Source of the DNA: Octopus sinensis
Taxonomy: Eukaryota
NCBI RefSeq assembly: GCF_006345805.1
Contig: NC_043002.1
Location: 85,684,001 to 85,748,000, forward strand
Length of the DNA stretch: 64,000 nucleotides
Direction of reading: 5' to 3'
Positions 25,880-39,655 of the stretch are shown here, piece after piece. How positions within the stretch are numbered: position 1 is the first letter of the stretch; each line of letters starts with the position of its first letter. The notes beneath the pieces are model-generated. The model made no database searches. It was not told where the DNA came from and saw nothing but the letters and a program-made list of their open reading frames with translations. The position numbers and the translations under genes are program-made.

Positions 25880-27230
25880 AAAAGACAATTGGAGGCCATT
25901 GCTATATCTTTCCTAAGAAAAATCATGACACTTCAGACTTTGGCATAGAGATCATGATCACCAATGCTTGTAGGTATGGCACACGAACAAAGAAAAGGTA
26001 ACTCAAGTTACCACATCACATAAATAAGTCAAAAACCAACCATAAATTCATTGTGTAAACCAATTTAAAAAAGAAAAAAATTATCCATTTTGCATTATTT
26101 TGAGCCTTACAAGAAACTGATAAATGCATTATTCTCTCAATCTAGGATGATGAACCTTAGCAATCACTAAAAATGTTATTCTGTGTTGGAAAGATGTATT
26201 TGTGCATGTTAGAACTGTCAATAGTTCCATATTATGACTGGAACAACTAACACTTACTTCATTGCAACTTGCCAATATTTTCTTTGGTAAACATTTCTAG
26301 GAAAGGCCTGCTCCATCAGGCCTTTCTCTCATGGTCTTCTCCCTTAACTCAAAACTCCTCTCCCTTCTCATCCACTGTAGCCTACCCCCATGACCCTGCA
26401 CTTCTCTTTCCTTTAATGATGTTATACCTGTCATAATGCCTAAAATTACTGTATTCATGACAAGTTCACCAAATGTTGTGCTATTTTTATTGCCAGTTCT
26501 AAGTCTGCCGATTGTCTTTTTTACTATCAATGCTCAATTTTGTTATTCTGTTGTGTATCTTAAATCTGTTTATCCAACTATTTGCTGAAACAGTTGAGAT
26601 CTTCAAATCCATTTTCCCTTTAAAATCTTTATCTTTGGCTAAAACCATAAGTCCAGAAATAATCTCTTCCCTCTTTACACATTTTAGTTTTTGCAGACTT
26701 TTCCTATTTATTGCTGTTAGGTTCTCAGAACTTGTTGTGGAATCTAAGCCTTTTGTTTTGAGTTCTTAATGTCATATGAAGTTTATGATCTGATGTTATA
26801 TACTGACATTAACACACTTATACTTAAGCCATGTTCCATCTTCTTACTGACAGCAAGTTTGTTGCTAAATTTTAATGGTCTTCTTTCTTTGTTTCTTCTT
26901 CTCAGTAACTTTAGGCATTATGACAGGTATAACATCATTAAAGGAAAGAGAGGTGCAGGGTCATGGGGGTAGGCTACAGTGGATGAGAAGGGAGAGGAGT
27001 TTTGAGTTAAGGGAGGAGGCCATGAGAGAAAATGAGGTAGAATGAGGGGGATCAGTGGGTAAGTTCAGGTAGAGCAATGGGGGAAAGACTGGAGAGCACT
27101 CTCACTGCTTTCACTGCATTTACCTACTGTTTCCTCCCTCTTTCTTTCACCATCGTTGCTCAACAGCCTCCCCACCTGGTATGATTTCTCTGCATTCTGG
27201 AACGGTGGTTCCAGAAATTCCGAGCCTGAA
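25880..27230 (-). pseudogene. pogo/Tigger transposase relic (HTH + partial DDE)
   Basis: KKRRPLKFSNKLAVSKKMEHG...YDIKNSKQK; ISGLMVLAK...SANSWINRFKIHNRI; PDGAGLS*KCLPKK (DETGLxWKCLP equivalent); LTVLTCTN...FLVIAK..HPR; KAQNNAKW. Ends uncertain. Confidence 0.7.
26324..27030. repeat. 128-bp inverted repeat (26324-26451 / 26903-27030)
   Basis: About 4 mismatches; perfect 10-bp hairpin GAAAGGCCTG/CAGGCCTTTC at 26301-26326 on the outer junction. Confidence 0.95.
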
Positions 27231-27914
27231 ACTACAGCCTAGAAATGGAATATTTAGTTATATCTTACTACTTTATTAAAATGACATTTTTAAAAATACA
27301 TTTTTCCACAGTATTTTACTTGAATCCTATCAATAAAATTTTCAATGATTATTTGGTTTACATGTTCACCTTGTTTTCTAAAGAGTTTATCTAAAATTGG
27401 ACAAAATGCCATTGGATGAAAAAAGTCAGACAAAAAGATGTCAGATGAAAAGATGTGGACAAAGTGACGCCAGATGCAAACACATAGCACCTAAAGAATC
27501 AAGGGTCCTGCCTTCCTTTCTGACTATAAGATTATAAAAGAAGTGCAACTATAATAGAACATAATTGTTAAACCAAAAGTGGTATAAATGAAGTGGGGTA
27601 ACTAGATTGCCAGTCTTCTACTGAGCTTTCTTTGAAATATTTCACACACAAATCCAGTTTGTTCAAAAAACATATGTTACTCAGTGAATCTAGAAATTTC
27701 TTTACATCATGCTATTAAAAACATAAAAATTGTAGATATTTCTTTTATTTAGAGTTAAGTAGGAAGATATAGAGAAAATTCATGTAATTTCTTCCTTAAC
27801 AATGAATGTTTGACCTTGCATCAAGCAGATTTTCGAGAGAATCTATGTAAGGTCATGAAAAGGTTAACCTAACAGGGCATAAATTTACACTTTTCCCTCT
27901 TATTTTATATATAC

Positions 27915-27962
<48 letters not shown>

Positions 27963-28046
27963 TACATACATACATATATATATATATATAAATAAGTGTA
28001 TGTATGTGTGTATGTTTGTATGTATATATATGTATACGTATATATA

Positions 28047-28087
<41 letters not shown>

Positions 28088-29126
28088 GAATATATATGTA
28101 TGTATCTGTTTGTGTGTGTGTGTGTATAGTTATTGGTTTATTTTCTAATACATATAATGCCAACTAAAATATTTTCTGGCTAGTGTTCAATATTTCCACT
28201 TTTTATTTATTTTTTGTGAAGAATTTTGATCGTAACCATGTGGAGCAAATGTGCTGCTTTTTATGTATACGTATGTAAGTATACACGTGTGTGTGTGTGT
28301 GTGTGTGTATGTAATGTATATTCAAACACTGTTTGCAAGTAAAACTTTTTACAAGATACAAATAGTAATAATAATAATAATGAGGATGATGAGGAAGACA
28401 ACTGGCGCAGTTGCTGATGATGAAGATGTAATGATAAAAGTTTTAAGATCTATGATTTCCTGCTTGCATTAGTTCAGATTTATAAGTGAGGCAAAACAAG
28501 AACCTTTAATCTGTAAGCTTTTACCAAAAACTTTAGTAATATCAATAAAATAATTCCAACAGATTGTGTGAACTTGGATAGTTAATAATAATTATTATTA
28601 TTTATTTCTTACATAAGAATTGTTACATAAGAATTTCTGGGTTGAAGGAACAGTTGAATGTATCAATCTCAGTACTTCAGTCGTACTTCTTTTATTGACC
28701 TATGGAAGATGAGCAGTAAAGTTGATCTAAGTGGGATTTGAGCTCAAAATATGAAGAGCCATAAAAACATACTATTAGGCAATTTTGTCTGAAGCAAATA
28801 ATAATAAATTATGCCATAATGGAGAAAGCTGCTTATAAATTACTTGGAATTATATAATTTTTATTAAAAGAAAGTAATTAGTAAATTTTCCATTGTATAG
28901 AAAATTTTTAAATTTCCAATTTTAATATATTTTTATCAAAGCATAGTTTCCAAGTTTCTTTTCAACAACACAATCATAATTTACTGCCAGTACTTTTTAA
29001 AATCCTAAACAGTGAGGTAGTCTTATTGCCTCTACTTGCCTTGCTATCTTACTACCTTCTCTCTTTCTTTCCATATCTTATTTGTTATATTTCTGATAGA
29101 TAATTCCGTTACTGAAACCTCCACCA

Positions 29127-29164
<38 letters not shown>

Positions 29165-29167
<3 letters not shown>

Positions 29168-31617
29168 TCATCATCATCATCATCATTTAACGTCCGCTTT
29201 CCATGCTAGCATGGGTTGGACGGTTCAACTGGGTCTGGGGAGCCCGAAAGCTGCACCAGTCCAGTCAGATCTGGCAGTGTTTCTACAGCTGGATGCCCTT
29301 CCTAACGCAACCACTCGAGAGTGTAGTGGGTGATTTTATGTGCCACCGACACAGGTGCCAGACGAGCTGGCAAACGGCCACGCTCGGATGGTGTTTTTAT
29401 GTGCCACCGACACAGGTGCCAGACGAGGCTGGCAGACGGCCACGCTCGGATGGTGTTTTTATGTGCCACCGACCACAGGTGCAGACGAGGCTGGCAGACG
29501 GCCACGCTCGGATGGTGTTTTTATGTGCCACCGACACAGGTGCCAGATGAGGCTGGCAAACGGCCACGATCGGATGGTGCTTGTTACGTGCCCACAGCAC
29601 GAGAGCCAGTCGATGCGGTACTGGCTACGGCCACGTTCGGATGGTTTTCTTATGTGCCACGTGCCACCGGCACTGGTACCACAAAGATACAAATTCCATT
29701 GATGTTCATCTATTTTGATTTGTTTTGATTTGATTTTCACTTGCCTCAACAGGTCTTCACAAGTGTCACAAGAAGGGAGGTATGCACAGGCCACGTTCGG
29801 ATGGTTTTCTTATGTGCCACGTGCCACCGGCACTGGTACCACAAAGATACAAATTCCATTGATGTTCATCTATTTTGATTTGTTTTGATTTGATTTTCAC
29901 TTGCCTCAACAGGTCTTCACAAGTGTCACAAGAAGGAAGGTATGCACAGGTGGACTGACTACGTCCCAGGTAGGGGCCATGGGTTATGGCTGACTAGTCT
30001 TGCCGGGTCTTCGGATGGTGTTTTTATGTGCCACCGACACAGGTGCTAGATGAGGCGGGCGAACGGCCACGATCGGATGGTGTTTGTCATGTGCCCACCG
30101 CACTGACTACGGCACTCATGGATTCTTGTGTGCCACAGGCACTGGTACCACAAGATACAAATCCATTGATGTTCATCTATTTTGTCTATTTTGATTTGAT
30201 TTGATTTGATTTTCACTTGCCTCAACCGGTCTTCACAAGTGTCACAAAAGGAAGGTATGCACAGGTGGACTGACTAGTCTTGCCGGGTCTTCGGAAGGTG
30301 TTTTTATGTGCCACCGACACAGGTGCCAGATGAGGCTGGCGAACGGCCATGATCGGATGTGTTTGTTACGTGCCCACAGCACGGAGGCGGTCGATGCGGA
30401 ACTCCACAAAGATACAGATTCCATTGATGTTCATCTATTTTGATTGTTTTGATTTGATTTGATTTTCACTTGCCTCAACAGGTCTTCACAAGTGTCACAA
30501 GAAGGAAGGTATGCACAGGTGGACTGACTACGTCCCAGGTAGGGGCCATGGGTTATGGCCTGACTAGTCTTGCCGGGTCTTCGGATGGTGTTTTTATGTG
30601 CCACCGACACAGGTGCTAGATGAGGCTGGCGAACGGCCACGATCGGATGGTGTTTGTCATGTGCCCACAGAACAGAGGCCAGTCGATGCGGTACTGGCTA
30701 CGGCCACTTTCGGATGGTTTTCTCTTGTGTGCCACCGGCACTGGTACCACAAGATACAAATTCCATTGATGTTCATCTATTTTGATTTGTTTTGATTTGA
30801 TTTGATTTCGATTTTCACTTGCCTCAACAGGCCTTTGATTTTCACTTGCCTCAACAGGCCTTCACAAGTATCACAAGGAGGAAGGTATGCACAGGTGGAC
30901 TGACTACGTCCCAGTTAGGGGCCATGGTTTGGCCCTGACTAGTCTTGCCGGGTCTTCGGAAGGTGTTTTTATGTGCCACGGACACAGGTGCTAGATGAGG
31001 CTGGCGAACGGCCACGACCGGATGGTGTTTGTTATGTGCCCACAGCACGATGGCCAGTGATGTCGGTACTGACTACGGCCACGTTCGGATGGGTTCTTGT
31101 GTGCCACTGGCACTGGTACCACAAGGGTACTGACTACGGCCACGTTCGGATGGATTCTTGTGTGCCACCGCACTGGTACCACAAGCGGTACTGACTACGG
31201 CCACGTTCGGATGGATTCTTGTGTGCCACTGGCACTGGTACCACAAGGATACAAATTCCATTGATGTTCATCTATTTTGATTTGTTTTGTTTTGATTTGA
31301 TTTTCACTTGCCTCAGCAGGTCTTCACAAGTCGGAAGGTATGTACAGGTGGACTGACTACGTCCCAGGTAGGGCCCACGGTTATGACCTGACTAGTCTTG
31401 CGGGTCTTCGGATGGTGTTTTTATGTGCCACCATGTTCCCACAGCACGGAGGCCAGTCGATGCGGTACTGGCTACGGCCACGTTCGGATGGTTTTCTTGT
31501 GTGCCACAGGCACTGGTACCAAAAGATACAAATTCCATTGATGTTCATCTATTTTGATTGATTTTCACTTGCCTCAGCAGGTCTTCACAAGTGTCACAAG
31601 AAGGAAGGTATGCACAG
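29165..31617 (-). repeat. tandem array built from an RTE ORF2-end/3' UTR module
   Basis: One normal (TCA)n-tailed 3' end, then the marker gataca(a/g)attccattgatg about 7 times; unit junctions fall at the K-T-R-Q end of ORF2. Confidence 0.9.
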
Positions 31618-31619
31618 GG

Positions 31620-31665
<46 letters not shown>

Positions 31666-32033
31666 CATATATTATATATATATACATATACATACATATA
31701 TATATATATATATACATTACATACATACATATATATATATATATACATACATACTATATATCTATATACAACATATATATATATATATACATATACATAC
31801 ATACATATATATATATATACAATATACATACATAATATAATATATACATATATATACATACATATATTATATACTTACCATATAATACATAGATATACAT
31901 ATATCTATACATAATATATATATTATACATATATACATATATATATATACATATATATACAATATATATATATATATATTATACTATATATACAATATAT
32001 ATAGTATATATATATATATATACATATATATAC

Positions 32034-32079
<46 letters not shown>

Positions 32080-32084
32080 TATAC

Positions 32085-32115
<31 letters not shown>

Positions 32116-32154
32116 ACATACATATACATATATATATATATATATATATATTAC

Positions 32155-32196
<42 letters not shown>

Positions 32197-32325
32197 ATAT
32201 ATATATATACATATATATATATTATATAGATATATATATTATATATAATATATATATATATATTATATAATATATATATATATATATTATATATACATAT
32301 ATATACTATATATATATATATATAT

Positions 32326-32356
<31 letters not shown>

Positions 32357-32442
32357 TATATAATACATATATATATATATACTATTATATCTATATATAC
32401 ATATCTATATATATATATATATATATCTATATATATATACAA

Positions 32443-32532
<90 letters not shown>

Positions 32533-32567
32533 TATATACACACATATATATATATATATATACACAC

Positions 32568-32612
<45 letters not shown>
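31618..32612. repeat. ~1-kb degenerate (TA)n microsatellite
   Basis: Direct inspection. Confidence 0.98.
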
Positions 32613-32615
<3 letters not shown>

Positions 32616-33503
32616 ATTACCACGTGAACTATGATGCAAAAATGAGATAGATTTGTTATATAATTTTTTTGAGCTGGGGTTCCTTGAGACATGCAATTTA
32701 TTTTAAGGTTATACAAGGGTAAAAAGGTTGAGAAACACTGCCATAGATCATATGATGTGCAGTAATCAAAAACTGTCATTTCTCATCTCTGTGCATCTAC
32801 ATTTGTGGGTTTTATATAGTATAGGCAGTTAATACATTTTGTATTAATATTTCAGTACAAACAAATTCCGTTGAAGTCAACTTTGCCTTTCATCCTTTTG
32901 GGGGTCGATAAATTAAGTACCAGTTGCATACTTGGGTTGATCTAATTGACTGGCCCCCTCCCCAAAAGATTTCAGCTCTTGTGCTTAGAATAGAAAAGAA
33001 TATTTCAGTGCAAATAAATATGTCTAAGAAAAAGGCACAAGTTAGAACTTGTAATAAGATTTTCAATAGGATTTTTTCCCAGTATATTCCCTAATATTTT
33101 CATGATTCCTTTAAAAAATAAAGATGGGCAATGTTGATGGAATATTTTCCACATCATACAGATGATATAGAGCTCACGGCTGTAAAATCTTGCCACAAAT
33201 AACACTCCATTTAGATCAATACTAACATGCAAAAATGGGCATTTTAGAAAATGGATGAAACCATATAAACCAGTATGGATTAATAACAATATCATATAAG
33301 AATATTAAGTTAATCTAGCTCTGAAATATTTTTGGATTGTTAATCAGCATTGCTTTCTTTCATGTAGTCTGTATCAGCATCTATCAGAGTATGTCTTTAT
33401 ATAGAATATATTAATTCATGTTATATGGTAGCATTACATAATTTAAATCTATGGAAACATAGACTGGAATGGCAGATATTAAATATTTCTTAGGATTATA
33501 AAA

Positions 33504-33548
<45 letters not shown>

Positions 33549-33563
33549 CCACACACACACAAA

Positions 33564-33601
<38 letters not shown>

Positions 33602-34164
33602 CAGGAAGATTGTGCTTCTATTTTCATAGAGAAGAAATAAAATCAATACCATCCCTCTTCTCCGTCTCTTTAATTTAAACAGACACAAATTTCTCATTTG
33701 AATTATTATTTATGAGTTAAATTTTTATCTGAGTTGACATTGTTGTGTTCCCTCAGCTCAATAGCTTAATCACTGCTTATGTAATTACATTATAAAATGT
33801 GTTTGCAATGATACAATTTTAATTAATATGCAGCAAATTAATTTGAATTGAACTGAACTGGGATGGAGTCAGTCAACTATATACATGTATGGGTGTATGT
33901 GTGTGAGAATATATAGGTACAGGCATGTCTGTATGGTTAGGAAATTCATATTGAGACCATGTTGTTTATGGTTCTATATATACCATTGCATGAATCCTGT
34001 TGACTGGAGTTCCTCTAATTTAGTTCCAGGTGGATCAGTACCTTGTGAGTATAATTTGGTTGACAGAAACTGAAAGAAGTCTTCTGTATATGTGTGTGTA
34101 TGTGTATCTAAGTGTATATATAACTATGCATGTTTATATTATATATGTGTGTGTGTGTATAGAT

Positions 34165-34500
34165 ATGGTTGTGTGGTAAAAAGCTTGCTAATCAACTGCA
34201 TGGTTCCAGGTTCAGTCCCACTGTGTGGTACCTTGGGCAAGTGTCTTCTACTATAGCTTGGGCCAATCAGAGCCTTGTGAGTGGATTTGGTAGACAGAAA
34301 CTGACAGAAGCTCATCGTATATATGTGTGTGTGTGTGTGTGTGTTTCTTCCCCCACCATTACTTGACAACCAATGTTGGTGTGTTTACGTCCCTGTAACC
34401 TAACGGTTCGGCAATGGAGACCAATAAAATTAGTACTAGGTTTACAAAGAAGTCCTGGGGTCAATTTCTTCAACTAAAATAACCCTTTAAGGTGGTGCTC
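34165..34500 (+). mobile_element. tRNA-derived SINE family B
   Basis: tggttgtgtggtaa...ggttcagtccc head, (TG)n linker and a body shared with 43200-43575. Confidence 0.8.
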
Positions 34501-34504
34501 ATAA

Positions 34505-35471
34505 ATCATCAGAACACCTGAATTTATCTAGCAAGTTCAACAAACCATTGATTATAATCACAGAAAGTCCATGAGGTCAATTGCAAAAGATCTCCATGTG
34601 TCAGAAGGAACAGTCAGAAATGTTGTCCACAAAGACATCAGATATAAGTCTTCTGTGATGAGGAAAGTTCAGTTTGTCAGAAAAAGCAAAAACAAATTAC
34701 TACATTAGATCTAAAAAGGCTCTTAAACTGAAAAATCCAGCTGAAGAAAATTTGATATGGTTTTTCTGAAAGGAGAAAAACTTCAACCAAGATCAAAAAG
34801 TTAACAGAAGAAATGAAACATGGTTATGTACAAACCCTTCTGAAGTTCCAAGTGTTATGCATACAAATTTTGCTGCAACTGTCATGGTTTTAAGGGTTGT
34901 CAACAATGAAGCACATGTGATGCCTCCTTATTTCTTTCCACTAGGCCTTAAAGTTAACTCTGCTGCCTACATTGAGGTCCTGGAAATAATTAAACCCTGG
35001 ATAGACAGTATATGCAATAGAAGGCCATATATGTTTCAGTAAGATTCTGCACTATCACACATGGCTCTAGTAACACAGGAATAGATGGCTGAAAATTTTC
35101 ATGATCACATAACCCCTAACATTGGACCTCCTAATTCCCCAGATCTCAATCCATTGGACTATTACATGTGGAGCATTTTTGAGAGAGAGGTCAATGAACA
35201 CGCCCATAACACCAAAGATTCTTTGAAAGCTGCCATAGTCAGAGTAATGTCCATAATGAACTAGGACCACTTGAGTCGAGCATGTAGATAATTTAAATCT
35301 CATATAGAAGCAGTTGTTGCAGCTGAAGGTGGCTTTATTGAATAACATTATAGGAAAGAAGGTTTATCTTTATCTTCATAGCATTTTTTGATAAGTAAAG
35401 TTATCTGTTATTATATATCTGTTTTTTTTTATTAACATAAATCTGTCCTCAAATATCTTACACACCTTGTA
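34505..35471 (+). pseudogene. DD37D (maT-type) Tc1/mariner transposase relic
   Basis: MRSIAKDLHVSEGTVR...; MVLRVVNNEAHVMPPYFF; DSALSH...GPPNSPDLNPLDY with 37 residues between D2 and D3; in-frame stops; ends ...acaccttgTA. Confidence 0.85.
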
Positions 35472-35475
35472 CATA

Positions 35476-35507
<32 letters not shown>

Positions 35508-35792
35508 CCTTTTTGGGGTCATTGCTGCATTTTTTGCTAACTGTATAACATTTGTATCAGAAAATAATGGTATTTTATGCGTTTCGATTTGCTGAAACAT
35601 GTGGTTTATAAAGCATAAAATACCACATTTTCTGTATTTCTTTAATACTATGTGTGTGTATATGAAGGCACATGTCTTAGTATTTTGAGATGTTCAGGTT
35701 GTGAGCCCAATTGCTGGTGTGAGCAATTCATTGTGCCTTTGAGTGAGCCTCTTTATTTCATGTCGCTCCACTCTACACAACTGTAATGAGTA

Positions 35793-36008
35793 CCTCTTCT
35801 TCTTCTTCTTCTTCTTCTTCTTCTTCTTTTTCTTCTTCGTCTTCTTCGTCTTCTTCTCCTTCTTCTTCTCCTCCTCCTCCTTCTTCTTCTTCTTCTTCTT
35901 CTCCTTCCTCCTCTCCTCCTCCTCCTCTCCTTCTTCTTCTTCTCCTTCTCCTTCTTCTACTTCTTCTACTTCTCCTCCTCCTCCCCCCCTCCTCCTCCTC
36001 CTCCTCAG
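35793..36008. repeat. (TTC)/(TCC)n polypyrimidine tract
   Basis: Direct inspection. Confidence 0.95.
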
Positions 36009-36029
36009 TAGCTTAAACATTGTTGCTGT

Positions 36030-36320
36030 GTACAAATCAGCATTCAGTGGTTTATTATGTATAATGTCTATCATTGAAGTGGATAGTTCCATATGAGTGA
36101 TGCTTGGGTGCTGAAGTTTACGGGAGAATGATGGATGAAACCATCTGCATTATGAGTGGGCGTTACTGATAAGTGATTGCAATTAGGTTGTGGATATATA
36201 TCTTTTGAGAAAGAGCAAGGGTGATGAAACTGAGCCTTGGGGCTCACCAGACTTGATCGGATGTAGGTCAGAGATGACCAGATTTGATCAAATGTAGTGT
36301 CACCATATCTTGACACTTCT
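36030..36320 (-). pseudogene. CR1/L2-type reverse transcriptase core relic
   Basis: SGEPQGSVSSPLLFL (GVPQGSVLSPLLF motif) followed by a decayed YADD-like (T)AATGCAGATGG. Confidence 0.55.
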
Positions 36321-36387
36321 AAAACATTTTATGCATAAATGAATGTTTCAGATCCAGAACTGACCATGCTGTGAGGAACAGTAGGGT

Positions 36388-38247
36388 CATTACTACCACC
36401 GCTACTACTACTACTACTACTACTACTGCTACTGCTACTACTGCTACTACTGCTGCTGCTACTACTACTACTACTACCATCACCACTGCCACCGCCACTA
36501 CTACTACTGCTACTACTACCACCAGAGTCACTACCACCACCACTATCACCATGCTCATTATCACCACCACCACTACTACTACTACTATTACTGCCACTAC
36601 TACTCCCACTTCTTTGAATGTCTCTGTTGTGAGTGTGTTTGAGAGGAGGCTGCACAACAATGGCAATATCAGTTACAATATTATCTCTGCTGACAGTATC
36701 ATCATCATCATTATTGTCAATATTAAAGTCATGGCCATCATCATCATCATCGTCATGATCATGATCATGATCATGATCATCAACAACAATACAATAATAG
36801 TAACAATAGCCATAGCATTACCACTGTTATCGTCTTCATCCTCATCACTATCAGCAGCAACACAATGACAATGGCAAGATGGATGGCGACATCAGTCTCA
36901 ACATTGCCATGACTGACATTGTCATCATTCTCATCATCATTATCATATGACTGTCAGCATCATTACCATCTTCGTTGTTGTTGTCATCTCATCACCAGCA
37001 TCAACATCATCATCACCATCATCTCATCATCATCATCTTTGGCACCATCATCATTATCTCATCTCCATCTTCATCACCATCATTATCTTCCTCCTCCCAC
37101 CACCCCGTCGTCATCATCTTCATCATCATCATTATCATCACCTCATCGCCATCTTCATCACCATCATTATCTTCTTCCTCTTTGCTCTTCCTCCTCTCAC
37201 CACCTCGTCGTCTTCATCTTCATCATCATCATTATCATCACCTCATCGCCATCTTCATCACCATCATTCTCTTCTTCCTCTTCGCCCTTCCTCCTCTCAC
37301 CACCTCGTCGTCATCATCTTCATCACCATCATTATCTTCCCCTCTTTGCCCTTCCTTCTCCCACCACCTCGTCATCATCATCTTCATCATCATCATTATC
37401 ATCACCTCATTGCCATCTTCATCACCATCATTATCTTCTTCCTCTTCGCCCCTTCCTCCTCCCACCACCTCGTCGTCATCATCATCACCTTCATTATCAC
37501 CAATATCATCACCACCTCATCGCCGTCTTCATTACCATCATTGTCTTTCGCCTCCTTCTCCTTTTTTTCCTCATCATCATTGTTATCATCATCAGCAGCA
37601 GCAGCATCAACAAAATGAAAAAAGAAAAAACCGAAATGAAACATCCATTTTTCAACAAGATTATGTCACTTCCATCACAATAGATGTTTACAGAGTGCAG
37701 TTTGTGCAGGTGTTGTTATGCTGTTGGTGATGCAACAAAGAGAAATGAGTGCTGCATCGCTTTAAACAATCCTTCACGCATAATTATTATTTTTAACGAA
37801 ACAGATTTCTGCTTTGCTTTGTCTCATTGTCCGTGCAACAGGTGATAGGATCAAGATTGGTTGTAGTAGTGGTGGTGGTGGTGGTGGTAGCGGTTGTGGT
37901 GTTGGTGGTGGTGTTTGTAGTGGTGGTTCTGGTGGTTAGATGGACATGTTGGATGTCTTGTTTGATGGTGAGATGGATGGGTTTGTTGATACTGTTGTGA
38001 TATTGTAGTTGTAGTAGCAGTAGTTGTTGTTGATGGTAGTGGTGGTGATTATGGTGAAGAGCAGAAGGTGGTGGTGATGGTGGTGGTGGAGGTGGTGGTG
38101 ATGGTGGTGGTGGTGTGGTGGTAGTGATGGTGGTTGGTGGTGGTGGTGGTCGTGGTGGTGGTCGTGGCAGCAGCAAGTGGTGGATGTCTTGATATTATTG
38201 TTAGTGATGGTAGTGGTGATCATGGTCTGGTGGATACATTAATACAG

Positions 38248-38279
<32 letters not shown>

Positions 38280-38305
38280 GGTGGTGGTGGTGGTGATGGT
38301 GGTAT
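36388..38305. repeat. compound trinucleotide field (ACT, CAT/CTT, GGT) with ~100-bp tandem units at 37090-37520
   Basis: cctcct(c/t)(c/t)caccacc(t/c)cgtc recurs near 37090, 37190, 37290, 37354 and 37455. Confidence 0.9.
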
Positions 38306-38469
38306 TACTAGATCAACTACTATAGTTACTTTTACATATTGCAGTTAATTACCCTGTTAATTATTTCTGCCAAAAATGCAACAAGCATTCATACTGTGGT
38401 GGTTGTTGTTTAATTGCTCTAGTTCTTTCCTTTAAAGCTCACTGTTGTTATTGTTGCTGTTGCTGTTGA

Positions 38470-38680
38470 GTGAGCAGTCTTCGTCCCAGAGTTCGCAAGA
38501 TGGGAGAAGTCCGAAACGTGGTCCTTTTCTATTCGTAAGACCCGCAGAAGAGAAATCAGGTCAACCCCCGACACTGAGAGTATTGACGGATGAATGAATG
38601 CGCATCCAGGCTCAGCGGTTGCGTAGGAAGTCGGGGTCAAGAAACAGGAAGAAAGAGTGAGAGAAAGTTGGGGCGAAAGT
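38470..38680 (-). mobile_element. SINE family C 3' part
   Basis: Shares aagaaacaggaagaaagagtgagagaaagttgggg with 42100-42140. Confidence 0.6.
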
Positions 38681-39004
38681 GTTTGTATGTATTGTGAAGG
38701 TACATCACTTTGTGATTAGGACATTTGGCTCACAATCATAAGGTCATAAGTTTGAAACCCATGTATGTGTGTGTGTGTGTGCAAATATATATTATGTATA
38801 TGTGTGTGTGCTTATACACACACATACACACAGAAAAAGAGTTAGACAGATATATGGGGGTAGTGAGTGAGAGATAGAGAGGGGGAGGGAGGGAGGGAGG
38901 GAGGGAAATGCTTCAACGCAGATTTTGTTTATTAAATTCTACTCACAAGGCATTGGTCAATCTGAGGGTGCAGCAGAAAACACTTAAGACTCTACAATAT
39001 AGAG

Positions 39005-39223
39005 CAGTGGTTTTCAACCAGGGTTCCGCGGAACCTTAGGGTTCCGCCAGTACAGCCTAGGGGTTCCGCAAGAAGTTACAAAACTGCTAAAATCGGCAGT
39101 AATTTTTTATTCTCCTGTGCAGATCTGTGTGCATAAGACTATTAAATTATTGCACAGTGGTTCTTCGAGCCAGTGGAATGTTTCCTTGGGGTTCCGCTCC
39201 AGCAAAAAGTTTGAAAAGCACTG
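39005..39223. mobile_element. hAT (Charlie-like) MITE
   Basis: TIRs cagtggttttcaac / gtttgaaaagcactg, internal ggttccgc repeats; TSD not clean. Confidence 0.6.
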
Positions 39224-39435
39224 CAATATGGAATCAAACCCTGTACTATAAGGTTGCAAAGCAAAGTTCTAAACCGCACAAATATGTGTTTATGGTTAAT
39301 TAGCTGATTTACCACTAAGCCAAGTTCAGTAGAGTACCAGTCTATCACTGATACAATTTCTCAATTGAAATCTGCACTCAAAAGAATTCCTAAGCACCAT
39401 ACTTTATTGTTACAGCCCATACTCACAACTTACCT

Positions 39436-39655
39436 ATTTCTTTACTATCCACAAGGGGCGAAACACAGAGAGGACAAACAAAGACAGACAAACGGATTAA
39501 GTCAGTTACATCGACCCCAGTGCGTAACTGGTACTTTATTTATCAACCCCGAAAGGATGAAAGGCAAAGTCGACCTTGGCGGAATTTGAACTCAGAACGT
39601 AACGGCAGACGAAATACCACTTAGCATTTCGCCCGGCATGCTAACGTTTCTGCCC
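39436..39655 (-). mobile_element. SINE family A with 14-bp TSD
   Basis: ctcacaacttacct at 39422-39435 and 39656-39669. Confidence 0.9.

Noticed and set aside
29165-31617. CRISPR-like or repeat-protein CDS (overlapping MVLFMCHRH-type ORFs)
   Set aside because: The ORFs arise from LINE 3' UTR subrepeats in all frames; there are no unique spacers.
36071-36316. ORF MSRYGDTTFDQIWSSLTYIRSSL with plausible splice sites as a host exon
   Set aside because: Another frame of the same strand gives SGEPQGSVSSPLLFL, a LINE RT motif, so it is an RT relic.
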